64,000 nucleotides of DNA from Dicyema japonicum (lineage: Eukaryota; Animalia; Dicyemida). The notes under the pieces are model-generated. The model had not been told where the DNA came from and made no database searches. It saw only the letters and a list, made by a program, of their open reading frames with translations. Below, piece after piece: positions 26,661 to 39,600 of the stretch (position 1 is the stretch's first letter; each line of letters opens with the position of its first letter). The DNA lies in the NCBI GenBank assembly GCA_011109175.1, contig RDEW01000063.1, positions 187,779 through 251,778 of the forward strand, given 5' to 3'. The position numbers were made by a program, and so were the translations under genes.

Positions 26661-28392
26661 CACTCTCCCCACTTAAGGAGTTCTCTGGCTACCTTGGTTT
26701 AATCAAAATTTTTTCAGCGGACGGTAAGTCTGCTGCCTCATTGGTGGTGGCCATGTAAAGTTGTTCCCATATTGGAAATTATAGTCATAGCATATTATAA
26801 TTTCGTCATTTCGGTAGTTTGGATAACTTCCTTGTACTGCTTAAAGTCAGAGACAGCCACACGGTCAAAAATGTCTTTTATAATTTTTTTTTTCTAAATA
26901 AATGCTGTTTTCCCTGACAATGGTTTGTAACAAGTCTTCTTTGCTATGACATCATCGTCCTCATCAAATATCTTTTTATGCTGTGTCTCAAAAAACTAGA
27001 GATATTTCTTTTTCAGCATAGTATGTGCCATCCGGTTTCTTGAGCACAATCTTGTTTGATTGACTCTGGGTTCCTCATTCTTCGTATAACTTCCAAAGAA
27101 GGATTCTGTTTGTTTAGCTTCCGTAGTTGAGAGTTCCACTTATTCTCATTCCAACTTTTAAATTTTTCCGACAACTGCTTTTGTAGTTCGCCAATTTTTT
27201 GAGGGTAAGCGGTCCGGCATCTCCTCAGTTTAGTTCTTAGATTATTTCTTTTCAACACAATTTTCTTGATGTGCCATGGACTAGGGACAGTATTATCGTT
27301 TCTTGAGTATATTTTTCTAGCAAAGTTATCCAGATTGTATAATATCAGATCCGTTACTCGTTTACTTGTTTTATCAATTTGTTTTATACGAGTCTTGGCT
27401 CGGTATGCCCTAACATCAATTCCTTTGCAATGAACATCCTATAGTGATTCCAGTTTAGATTCTTGGTATCGTAACCGACAAAGACTCCAGGTTCATTAAT
27501 AATTTTCAAATCCACGGATATTAGCAATGGAATGTAGTCACTGACCGGAAGAGTAATTGGTACGTCGGCGTATTCTGAAATAGTAGGGGAAATCAAGAAG
27601 ACACCAAGCTTGTCACCCCCGTAGGGAAAAAATGGTTATCCTCTTTCGGTGTAAGGACTTTTACTCTTAGGCTTTTTTGGATATAATTTAGAATTATATA
27701 TGTCTCCACCAGAGATGGTGAACCAGATGAAATACGATAACAATTCAAGCTCCCTCAACTAAAAAAAGAGGAGAACAGAAGAAACAAACAAAAAGACTCA
27801 CTAATGACATTCTCACAACACATTGAAGAATTCTTGATAAAAGGGCTCGGAATTGAATGTATTGGAAGTAATTATAAAGAATAAGTTCCTTCCCTCCTAT
27901 TGACTGCATATCCAGACCGTACAAAAAATTAATAAGCATGTCCATCATGGAAGTTTGCGATATACTCATCCAAACGCAACAAACTAAATACAATAAGACA
28001 GAGCTACATGTTAGCATCCCACTTTATATGAGAACATGGAGAATTAATATAAGAGAGTTTTACGGAAATTATTCTGAACTGAAAGTTAAAAATGGAACCC
28101 AACTTACGTTGATTTATATTGACAAAATTGTGATAGAGAGTAAGTTCATGAGATATTACACAGCCCAACCTCCATCGATAAAGATTCTTCATTTATTTAA
28201 ATAATTTATATATAATATAGATCCTAACAAATTTGGTCGCAAAAAGAAGATGAGTTGAAAGCCACGTTGAACCGATTACTAGGTATAACATCTTTGAAAT
28301 CGAAAAGATTATTTCTTTATTATAAATAATATAATACAAATTTATAAATTCAAATAAAAAATTAAATTAAATTTATATTAAGGTCATCAATT

Positions 28393-30689
28393 ATGGAAAC
28401 ACCTTCATTATATGCATTATGCATCAATAATATTCGAACGAACGTTATAGAACAAAAATATATAAAATTAAGCGATAAATCTAAGAAAATGATTTCCAAA
28501 AGAACTCTTAACGAATTGAAATATTTGATTCCTCACTCTAAGAGAGATCTACTTTTTAAAGATTCATTTTTAAATAAAATTTCAGATGTAGTGCAGAAAG
28601 ACATTTTTTGCATTCAGTTGACTAATCAAAATGTTGACATTAAGAAGGTTGTTAACATGATTCAAGTTTATCCAAATTTATCAAATATTACAATAAGAAG
28701 GATTGTTTCATCAGAAAAGAATCCTGAACTACCGTATTTATCAAATAACGTTAAATCATTCACACTCTGTAAGTACGATGACCCAGATTTGCTAAATCAG
28801 TTATTTATGACTGGATTTAGAAAAATAAAGTATCTCACCCTCGTTGGACTCGGTGATAAAACCAAAATTAACAGTACATTGAAAATAATAGAAAAACTGG
28901 AACGCATAAATTTTCACGATGTTTTTATTTTCCAATTTTGATAATTTTATTTCAACCCTAAACAGTCCAGAGTCTCTGAGGTAGATTCTCTCTCAATTTT
29001 AGACATTTTATACATACAAGTTATTTTCGCTGCAATGGATGTGACAGTAATTTCTATTTTTTTTTCAAAAAAGCCAAGAACCTTACTTACGTAAATTTAT
29101 CTGGATGTTTTATTAAAAAAAGAAAACTAAAAAAGTTAACAAAGTTATTGATTTTAATAATCTTAGCAAAATTAAAAAAATGGGATTTAAAAAATTTCAA
29201 GATGGGAAAATTTTACATTTCAGTAAAAATATAACCGATTCTGTATTTATATTAAAGAATATAGAATGATTCGGAATCAAATTTAAATAACTTAGTAAGA
29301 TCTGCACTTCGTTTAAATAACATTGATCTACTGGCGGGTTTTTTTGAGTCGATTGTTAGTTTTAAATTTAAAATTGAAAATAAATTATTAAAACCATTTT
29401 TGAGAGTATTTTAAAATATAAATTTAGCTTCTCCGTCGCTTTTTATATGATTGTAAATATCTGTATTATATTTCAATTCTGTAATTTAATATTTTAATTT
29501 CAGGGATATTCTAACTAACATAATCATAAATCAACCAATTTCATATGCTGATACTTGGTATAAGTAGATTTCATCCATAGCTTTATTTTTGATATTTTTC
29601 TTGACATTATTACGTATGAAAATATGTGTGATATAATACGATCTTTTTATTGTAAGTTTTTGGCTGATTTTAAACCGTGGAAGATATCTATTTTTGTTAG
29701 TTAATTCTTATTTTTAGCTTCCTGCACTTTCAATTGTGTTAATAAAACTTCACTACTGGAAAAATGATTTTTATCGTCATCCTCGTTGTGTTGTAAAAAA
29801 ATTGAGTATCAATCTTATGGCCTATCTTGGCTATTCTGAAGGACTTGTCAAAGTTCAAAGAACAATAAATTTTTAGTCATGCCTTGAACAGTTTAAAAAA
29901 GATGACAAAAATAATATACTCCGTTTTAGTTTGTTGAAGTGTCTTCTAGGTATTTAAAATATATTTTTGTAGACGAAAATGAAAAGAATGTGAATTTGTT
30001 TCTCCATAGTGGAATTTATTATATTTATATTTTTTCGACAGATTTTCTGTGTCTACCCATGAAGACAATTATATATTAATTCTTTTATTTAAAATTGTAG
30101 AAAATATGGCTAAATCCTCAAACACCAGATATTTAATAAGGACGCATCGTCTACTAGATCTTATATTGTAATATTTTTGTTTATTGAAAAGGGAAATTGA
30201 ATACTCAAACCGTTATACTGATGTCACCTATTTTTTATATAGATGTATCTGCCAGATATTATGTGATCCAAATGATATTTTTCCTACTTTTTTGAATTCT
30301 GATTTTAGTGATTTGAATCCACGTGAACACATTCTAGAAAAAATTGTTCAGTTTATAAAAAAGCTTAATTATCCAATCACCAGTAAAATCAGAGATACGA
30401 TAATTTCTTTTGATTTAGATATGAGGTATTTCCTAGGTATTTCCTAAGGTCAATGGAATCAACGATAAATTTATTAAATGTGAACACAGATGAACGAATT
30501 TGGCTTTGGGCTGTGTGGGAATGTGCCAATCTAACATCATTGTATCATAATTCCTTAATTATGGACATGTTTGTTTCTCATAACATTATTATGAAAATTG
30601 AGACTGTATGTTTACTATCCAATATGAAAGAGATCCATGACTATGCTGAGTTTTTTAAAAGAATATACAATGTTGTTTTTATAATTTAG
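28393..30689 (+). CDS. ZER1: ZER1/ZYG11-family gene, copy 2; frameshifts in the assembly
   Basis: Paralog of 19173-21470; +1 T near 28930 and indels near 30027 and 30057; central ARM exons read through in frame. Confidence 0.75.
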
Positions 30690-31256
30690 AATTACATCAA
30701 CCATCATTAAAGTTAACATATTTGATAATTTCCATTAACTATTTTACTAATTGTTGTTGTGGTTTATTAATTAGTATGGTAGATTCATAAATTATAGATA
30801 TTGGAATGATTAAGAATCTACAGATATATATTTTCTTATTTTAAATTTATCACATAGTTAACGATTAGCAAGAAAGATTTCATTTTGAGGCTGGATTTGG
30901 TCAAATATTGAGAAAGGTGAGTCACATGACGTCACCTTACTTAGGCCACAAAAGCACGTATTTAGCGTATAATCAGAAGCTCATGTTGAACTCCCGCGAC
31001 CCCTGGTTATACGTATTATAAGTCAATGATTCTTTAAAGAGTATTTTGTTCCAAAAGTCTTTTTTCCTATAACTTTAAGTACTCTTCTTGGCTATCTTCG
31101 ATCTTTATGTTATTTATTTAGCAAAGAATGGATGCTTGAATCGAATGCGTAAAAGTTTATTATTTATTTGATTAACCCATGATAACGGGTAAAATTAAAA
31201 AAATTAAACACTACCGCGTTGCCATAAGCACGTAAAATGCCTAGGGTTTCGCTTGT

Positions 31257-31529
31257 GCAGAACACATATTTTATTTAAGTAAAAAACAGTTATTATAACT
31301 AATCGTAGAGGGAGAACCAAGGAATGCTCTTCACTTCTTTGTTTTTTTTTCTTTTTCTTGTGTTTATGTCCTTTTGACTACCCAGTTCCGCAATGAATCT
31401 TCACTGATGACTCGTCAAGCCCTTTCCGCATCGTATATGGTGGAACCTTCCACCAGGTGAACAGCAGCGAGAATCGAACCCGTGACCTAAGCCACTTTAG
31501 CCCGACACCTAACCACTATGCCACCTGGC
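31257..31529 (-). repeat. tRNA-headed SINE copy (duplicate)
   Basis: Paralog of 22038-22310. Confidence 0.8.
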
Positions 31530-31559
31530 TAACTGGTTAAATAAAAAGGAAAAAGTTTC

Positions 31560-32500
31560 CAACTATGTCGTACGTTGGACGATTCATTTCCTGCACATCT
31601 GTTTTCACTTACGGCCTGCAAACCTTTGGTCAGAAGGATTCTACACTCCCTACCCGAATTCTCAATTGACCAAGACATAATCCACGCACGAGAAGCCTGG
31701 AATGCCACCAACCTCCCCATGTTTCCTTCACAAGACTGCCAGCGAAACCTGGACAATTTATTATGTTGGAATTCATTTGGACTCCTACTGGAATCAGCCA
31801 ATCAACACCGACGTGCTTGTTTGCTTTCGGGGGCTTCCCCTGAGAGCGGATCTTGGCTAAACGCCATCCCCAATGGAGTTATAGGAACCTTTACTGGATG
31901 ATGAATGCGTTAGAAGTGCTATCTCTCTGCGGCTGGGACTAAAAGTATATTTACCTCACCCGTGCTGATGTGGTATTCTGATAGACTGCTATGGCCTGCA
32001 TTCTCTTGCCTGCAAGATGTGCGCTGGTAGATCCCCAAGACACAAGGCTCTGAATGAGATTGTCAAGAAAGCTTTGGATGTCGCTGGATACTCGGCCATT
32101 TTTGAACCGGTCGGGTTATGCAGAAATGACGGGAAACGACCGGACGGACCATATTTCCTTTTGAAACCGGGAAACCACTTGTTTGGGGCGAGACATGTAC
32201 AGACACGTTCTCCCCGAACAATCTTCACGAGTACGCTTCAAGGTCCTGCTTTTCAGCCGTCAAGACGGAAAAGGCCAATCTTGAAAAATACGTCGACCTT
32301 CCCGATAATGTCAAATTTGTTAGTTTTGCTATGGAGACTTCCGGATCCTACTCCTCCTCTACACTCGAGTTTTTCGGACGTCTTGGAAACTGGATCACCT
32401 AATGCACTGGAGATCTCCGTGAACACCGCTGGCTAATTGAGCGAATTTTGCTCGCAAGGAACAGCCGCGCAGTTAAGGCGGAAACTAACTAACTTATGTT
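31560..32500 (+). mobile_element. CRE-clade 3' fragment (duplicate)
   Basis: Paralog of 22346-23300. Confidence 0.8.
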
Positions 32501-32994
32501 TTGACCAAAATAAAATACCAGATAAAAAATGTAATTCAGACTGTTAATGGAGTTGTCGAGTCTAGTGGAGACAGTAGTCAAATGTAGCCTGCCTCATTGG
32601 ACAAGGTTTTAGCTCCTAATTTTATCTTGAGAATATTTCATCCAGTGTTCTCTGGGATTTGGCTGCCCTTAAGGATCTTCCTCTGTTCCTCAGTGACTTG
32701 TCCTTAATGGAGACAGAGGCTGTCTCCGTTCCTGCCACTCTTGGATGGCTGACAGTTTCATGAGATGGACATCGTCCAGAAGCTTATAGTACCATTGGCA
32801 TGATAAATTATCGGAAGATAGGATTTAATGATTCCGTTTTTATTTCAAGACATCAAGCGACGATTTTAAACACCTTTTATTAATCGCAGCTAATATAGTT
32901 TTTGATGTGTTAGCAAAGAGTCCCTGATCAAAGTTGACCTCCAAATATTGGTTTTTAGTCTAACTATTAATAAAAAAGGGACAGCTTGAACTAT

Positions 32995-33305
32995 GCCACA
33001 TGGCGCCAAAGTTAATGTGGTGCAATGTGGTTTCTTGAATTGAAGATTTTTATTTGTTTCTTCTGTTCCACCTATTCAACCATAGGGAGCTTAAATTGTT
33101 AGCGTATGTCATGTTGTCCACCATCTCTAGTGGAGACAGATATAATCCTAAATTAAATCCAAAAAACACGAGTCAACAACCGTCCAGAGGAGTTTTCCCT
33201 GTAGGCTTTTCCATAAAGTTGGATCATGCAAAGACTTCTGTGAAAGGCTGGATTACCTGAATCTTTTCATACTTGTTTTGTTGGGGGTCTTCTGATTCAA
33301 TAAAT
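32995..33305 (+). repeat. Non-tRNA SINE-like repeat (duplicate)
   Basis: Paralog of 23785-24095. Confidence 0.7.
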
Positions 33306-33599
33306 TTAAATTTAAGGATTCTTGACTCGATACAGAGCTGTCTTATGTACGTGGTAAGCAATGTGACAGAATTTTATTTCTGATGTTGAGCCTCTTCTTG
33401 GAGAGCCACAGTTTCTGCTTGTCGAGCATTTTTTTGACGGACTGAGTAGCTGATTGAATGTTTTTTCTCTTCCTGGAAAGAATAATGTTGTTGTCGCAGG
33501 AGACGACGAGATAATTCTCATTGCTGGTTTGAGGCATTTCGTTTTGCAGAGGTTGGATTGTTGGAGTGACAGTGGGGAACTCTTAGGGACTCAATTTGG

Positions 33600-34070
33600 G
33601 GAGTTAGTTGATTTCATGCCGCAAATCCTGCAAACGCTTGGACTCTTCTCTGCGCTCTCTTATAGTTTGTTCTGTGCTGCAACATACGGCATCTCTATTA
33701 GGAAGTTTTCCATTTTTTTCCGCTGCATCTATTATCGACATTACTAGCAAATTTTCATCTTCATCTAGCTTCTCGTCGAAACCTTTGTGTAGGGCAATCT
33801 TGATCCCTGGTCTCCTCGATTTTTCAAGAAGCAAGATAAAACGCTCTTTGTATGCAGTGTAATACCATCCTTCCAGTCCATAAGGGAGTGATGGACTGAT
33901 CGTACGTGAAAAAATATATAAAAACATATCCGTTTCGAGTCTCAATTTCCTCATACACAATAACGCATGGTGGGTTTTCATCCTTTTTTAGTTTAAAATC
34001 GCACAACGTGCTCCCAGATTTTGCAAAAGCTGTTCCGAGATACTTCAGGGAGCTCACAATGTTGATTCAA
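33600..34070 (-). mobile_element. APE-LINE RT C-terminal fragment (duplicate, longer)
   Basis: Matches 16480-16935; keeps ~230 nt deleted in copy 1. Confidence 0.8.
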
Positions 34071-34599
34071 CAGTCGCTTTGAACCTTATCAGCGACTAAT
34101 TTATAGTGGATCATCTCGTCTTTTCTAGAATTTTCTCGACTCGTAGGGATAGAAGAACAATTCCTCAAGGCAGAGAAAAGTATTCCACCGAATCTTGAGC
34201 TTTCACTAAGGCAGCATCACATTAATTCAGAATCCTCTCACATCGAAGTGGATTTCTGATTTTACCTCTTCTCCATTTGGTGAATTGAAAAATTCGACCG
34301 TTCTTCCTGGGACATATCTGCGTCTGTGATCAAACCTCCGGAAATTATGTCCAAGGAGTATATAATTCACAAGGTTGTGGAAAATAATTTGTATTTCCAC
34401 GTGGACAATCCACCACTAAGTTTTTCCACCACTATGACGTAAGATCTCCTGTCTCGGTGCATGATGTTTTCGTAGGACAGAAAATTCTTTTATCCAGCTT
34501 TAAACTTCCATCCTAGGCAACTCCTAGAAAAAGCAATAAATTTGTTTCTGTATAGTCAAGATCTCTCTAATTAAGGCGTTGGATCCATAATGTCTACAC

Positions 34600-35458
34600 C
34601 AGGCTGTCAAACACGAGGGCACAAAAGATTATTTTACAGTCGACGACATTGGGGCGGACTGCGTCATTATAATGAAACCACCAGAAGGAAAGCAGTGGAT
34701 TTTTCTCAGTGACGTCAAATTGATAGGTCGCTGTTATGAGCGTTCTACGTGGTCAGACAATCTCAGCTTAAACTTTACATTCCCAGAGAAACGATGCTGT
34801 CATAAAAGTGCTTGCATCCAAGTATTTAGCGGAGCACCTTGCACGTAGCTTCCGTCGATTAGATGATACTTAAATTGTTTCACTTATTGGCAATAATTTT
34901 AACAAATTTTAAAACTAATAAATTTTTCTTGCGGAATCGTGCCGGTTATTATATTGTCTTTATAAAGCACTGCGCAAACTGAACCATTTAGAATGACATC
35001 TGCTAAGAAGAGTACCTGGCTTTTGGGATACCTTCCTGAGAAGATTATAAATTTCAGAAAGTTTTCAACAAGGATTATCGCAGTGTTCGGTTTCGCCTAT
35101 AGTTGTTTTCTTCCACAAAATCAACAAAATCTTCTCAGAGAACATGGTTGACTGATGAACACTTGTCATCCCTGATCAAGGTCGGAACTACAAATACATT
35201 TCAGATATACCATTGTCATCAAAAGAGATGCACCTCAGGACAAAACAAGACAAAAGAGTAATTTTTGGAAAAAAATGATTAGAATTGTTATATTTGTCGT
35301 TGTGGAGGGTTATCGCAATATAGCCGTTGTAGTAGGCTTGTAAATTATTAAATACGCTTCAATAAGATAAGGTGATTATCAGATTTGGTAGTGCGGTCAG
35401 ATTGTATGCAAAAATAATCTTATGCGGTCCCTGGAGCTATTTGAGTTTGACATGAATG
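34600..35458 (+). mobile_element. Non-autonomous hAT with TIRs and perfect 8-bp TSD
   Basis: TSD GTCTACAC at 34592-34599 and 35459-35466; internal VFGFAYSC..LTDEHLSSLIKV dimerisation motif. Confidence 0.85.
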
Positions 35459-35529
35459 GTCTACACAACGTCCAATCTTAAAGTGGCCCCTATTTTTTCC
35501 CCCGATCTCCCCTGTGATATAATACGGAA

Positions 35530-36487
35530 TCATCGCTGTCTTTTCCAAAAGCATTCCGATAGTTCATAAAAGTCTGTAACACGGAAACACGGACATTTAT
35601 TGGTAATCGCGGGTATTGACTCCAATCACTCGGTCATATAATCTAGATAACATCATCAGTTCTCCCAATCTCCATATTAATATTTTACTTTTGGTGGATA
35701 TGGGTGCTCCCAGTATACTGTAAAACAGTTGAGTATTCCGTTATAAATGAAGGGGAGACAAGGAAAACTATAAGTTTATCTCCGCCAGATGGAGAATGAT
35801 GATTAACCTTCTTAGAAGTTTGCACTTCAAATCCCACAGTCGATAAAATTTTTAAGTAACGTTGATCTATCCCCCATCCGTCTACAGAGTGAAGTTTAAA
35901 ATTTCTCACATCTTATTCATTTATTATGACGTCAGCCTGCTCTGCTTTCATCAATAGTCTTAGCTCTCTGTGACCCTTCCAATTTGGAAGTTTAAGCAAT
36001 TTTTGACTCCTCCGTTTTCTGGTATTTTCCATTGATGAACTCCACGTTTTGACTTTTTTGTAAAGTCTCGTAGGTCCACTGCATCATTTCACTTTTGTGC
36101 AGAACAATATACAAAGTTCTTATAGCATTTGATAGTAGACCTTCCTAACCATTCGGTATCTATAGTGGGTTCTCCAATCTCGAGTCCAAAGCGTACGAGG
36201 GACGTAGCTTCCGTTTTCGAGCTGATGACCAGCGCAAAGCGTTTGCCAGTCAGATTGCGCTTACTCCAAGGTCTTGTACATTTACTACCAGTCTAGATAG
36301 TGAGACCTCCTATTACTGGAGACTGGCCCTTTGTGGTCTCTAACCCGGCTTTGATATCATTACCTCATTTCGTGCCCACGAATAGAGTATTTTTTTATCC
36401 TTAAAAAACGGTGATGCAGACCAACCATGCATTCGAGGACTTCTTGTACATCCTTCCCATTTTCGAAGCAGCTGTTGAGTCCTTCAC
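35530..36487 (-). mobile_element. APE-LINE ORF1 and endonuclease fragment (duplicate)
   Basis: Paralog of 25800-26660 with ~95 extra nt. Confidence 0.6.
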
Positions 36488-36879
36488 AGATTGTCAAATT
36501 TTTATTTTAGATGGTTTATCACTAATCGCCATCTTCACTTCCCCAAAGATTATTGATTCCCTTAAAAACGACACACATGCTTCCCCACCAGTCCCATATG
36601 CTACTAGTGTATCGAATAACAAATTTTCGATATCTTCCGGGACCTAACTTACGCGTCACCATGCGAAGAGTAGCTACTTTCCTACCCTAGCAGTCCTCCT
36701 TGTGAGAGACGAGGTTACTTTTTTTATCATTAGCAATCCTTAATTACAAAACTTGTCTCTAACTCTTGTAACTCAATGTAAGAGGTCCAAACGGTCTTGC
36801 CATACATCATCTCAGTCCGAATTGGTTTTTTGCTTTGACCGATCTAATCAAACACTTAATCACGGATTGGTAATTTTCA

Positions 36880-37110
36880 TTGCAAAAAATCAACGATTAT
36901 TTATATTTTGTACCTTAAGCACGATCCTTCCGATCCCTCTTCCTACCGTCCTATCTCCCTCCTGTAAGTTGTTTCCAAAATTACAGAACGACACTATATT
37001 TCATCAACTGTACCTGCCGAATCTCAACAAGGATTTCCTGTTTTCCACACGAGTACAACATACTCATAAAGTTACTCAATTTACCACGGATTGATCTAAT
37101 GACTACAAAA
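36880..37110 (+). mobile_element. I-group RT fragment
   Basis: DPSSYRPISLL..VSKITER..SQQGF. Confidence 0.55.
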
Positions 37111-37849
37111 TTCGAGAGAGCAGTAACTCCACCAGTTGTCATAAACAAAACGTTAGAAAAAGTAAAAGCTTCTCAACACCGAGATTCGGGTACCTACCTA
37201 GTGGTGTTATCTAAGACTCGGCGAATTAATGAAGAATGTTTATTAACAAGAAATTGAGGTCAAACGTGTGAGACAGTAAAAGTAACGGGGTATTCATTGG
37301 CCTGGAATCTCATTGGGTTCCCTTCACAACTGGTTTAATTCCTGATGACTGGTAATCTCGAGGAAGAACATAATCCTCTCCCCCATAGTCTCTCTAACCG
37401 TTTTCAGTGGCGTTTCTTGTTCAATACTCAAAACCATTCGAGTCTCAATTAAAGCGCAAATTAAATACTAATTCTTCTCGATCTTTCTAGAATCATAATG
37501 ATCCTTCCTGACCCCTCGCATCCTTAGACAAGTGAGCCGAATATTAAGAAACAAATGTCTCCACAAATAAATTGTATTACATTAAAGTTTATCTACCCCA
37601 CGTAATGCCCTGCAAACCTACACATATCCTTAAAGGGGGTAATGTTTATTGATCTCAGAAAGAAGGAGTTACCCATGTTTTGCAATAATAACAGCACTTT
37701 AACGTGACTCAATATATATCCGCATGTGGAAGCAACACTTTGTTAGAGTGAAGAACAATTATGCCAACTAATCGTTGAAAGGGGGATAAGGCATGTTATT
37801 AACTTTGTTGGTCACGTGTGAGTCCCTGTAGACAATCCGGTTCTGCAAT

Positions 37850-37980
37850 GAGGTATCGCTGATGAGGGGTCACTCGTCAAGCCAGGAAGCTCCGTAGATG
37901 TCAAGAACCTTCAGCTGGAGTAGACAGCAGCAAGATTAGAGCCGTGACCCTGCACTTATGCATTGCTTTACCATGTCATG
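37850..37980 (-). repeat. Degenerate tRNA-headed SINE
   Basis: ctgatga.g.gtcactcgtcaag core shared with 54555-54578. Confidence 0.5.
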
Positions 37981-38588
37981 GAAAAGTGCATTAAAGTTGT
38001 ATCAGCAAAAACCATAATTTATTGAAACCAATTGACATTTACAAAATGTTTACAATTAATTAAAAATACACTAAATTGTGGAGTTTATAATTTTTCAAAA
38101 ACATTTACTAAAATAACTCATCTTTACATAATGGAAAATTCAAAATGTCTTAAACGAACACAATCAGTGCCAACTTATAGACAACCCGTCAAAGTGCCAT
38201 TCTTCCGAAAACTACAACTTCCTAATTTTAGGAGGAAATTATAGTAATTATGAAATTATATTAATTATGAAATTAGTAGATAACAGCCACAATAAAACAT
38301 TTATGAAATGTGATTAATAAAACCATAATTTCCACGTGAAAAGCATGCAATGTTTGTTTATTCCAGCAAATCAACTAAGTAGACGTGCAGCCACTGTATA
38401 ATAGAATGTCTCCGATAGTTAGGGAATTATAAATTTTGTAAAATTTAAATATAGGTGGTAGTTTATGTCAAATAATAATATAATTATAAAAATAATTAAT
38501 TTTAAGAATATTTTAAAATTCCAAATTTAAATAAAATTGTAACGCTTCGTGTCAATTAGTTTGTTGTTATTGTTGCATTTTTTAGCTA

Positions 38589-39041
38589 ATGGAAAGTAAT
38601 GAAGATATCACTTCTCCACCAGTTCTATGCAGAAATGGATGTGGATTTTATGGGACTCCTTCAAATGGAGGGTACTGCTCCAAATGCTATAAGGAATTTG
38701 CTGCTGAATTTGAAGGTATTTCGTCATTCATTAATGATGACGTCATAGATTACAAATCAATGACTCCTTCTATAAATGAGGAGCCCATACTCCCTACAGA
38801 TGAGTTTGTCCCTGAAGCTCCTGAACCAGTTCTTGAATCAAAGCAGAAAAGGAAACGTTGTGGAAAGTGTAACGCCAAAGTTGGATTGGCTGGATTTTCC
38901 TGTCGTTGTGGGGGGCTTTATTGTTCGATATGTCGTTACAGTGATATTCACAGCTGCACATTTGATTATAAATCACTCGGACAGAGTGAAGTCCGGAAGA
39001 ATAACCCATTAGTAAAGGGAGAACGACTTAAAAAGATTTAA
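38589..39041 (+). CDS. ZFAND5: A20/AN1 zinc finger protein (ZFAND5/6-like), intact intronless ORF, 150 aa
   Basis: LCRNGCGFYG..GYCSKCYKE (A20) and RCGKCNAKVGLAGFSCRCGGLYCSICRYSDIHSCTFDYK (AN1); ZFAND5 vs ZFAND6 not resolvable. Confidence 0.9.
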   Translation: MESNEDITSPPVLCRNGCGFYGTPSNGGYCSKCYKEFAAEFEGISSFINDDVIDYKSMTPSINEEPILPTDEFVPEAPEPVLESKQKRKRCGKCNAKVGLAGFSCRCGGLYCSICRYSDIHSCTFDYKSLGQSEVRKNNPLVKGERLKKI

Positions 39042-39199
39042 TGAACGCGGTTGACTCAAATATTAGCCATTTACTTACACCTCTTTATTATTAGGATTAT
39101 TCCTTATCATTGGTTGTGGTACGTCCTGACTGTCTTTATTGATTTATGTATATGATAGTTGGTTATACCTGCCCTATTTTGACATTAGTGTGTTTAGTG

Positions 39200-39600
39200 A
39201 TTATATGGGATAATTTGTCACAATTACCTCATTACTATGTATTTGGTTATCATATAGGATAATTCTGTATAGTGGGCTTATCTTGGTCATCATTAGTCCA
39301 CTTGGTTACCTAATAGGATCATTGGTTATAGTTGGCATATATGATTTGATGGTTTTATAGTTACAGTTGTTCTGTTAGGCTTGTCTGTTTATATTATGCT
39401 GATTGATCAAAGTATTATTGCTATAGCTGTTCACATGACTTGGTCACTGTAAGTTCACTTGGTGGTCACATAGGATAATTCGTTATAGCGGGTCTATGTG
39501 GTTCCAGTGGAGACTTAGGATCGTTGTACATAGTGTGTCCACATGGTTTGGTTGTGATAGATAATATTACCGTATAATTAGTCAGTTATTAGTTTACTTG
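39200..39600. repeat. Degenerate minisatellite-like tract
   Basis: Motif taggat(a/c)(a/g)tt...atag.(g/t)g recurs at ~39256, 39314, 39471, 39516. Confidence 0.5.

Larger units (their letters stand above)
15767..26663. repeat. Tandem segmental duplication, copy 1 (~10.9 kb)
   Basis: Collinear with 26661-36487; junction ...gagtccttCACtctcccc... shares CAC with both parental ends. Confidence 0.95.
26661..36487. repeat. Tandem segmental duplication, copy 2 (~9.8 kb)
   Basis: Same order of LINE, ZER1, SINE, CRE, hAT and LINE pieces as copy 1, with reciprocal indels. Confidence 0.95.

Noticed and set aside
28920-28941. Frameshifts as proof that both ZER1 copies are pseudogenes
   Set aside because: Most indels lie in homopolymers and differ between copies, consistent with long-read error; needs polishing
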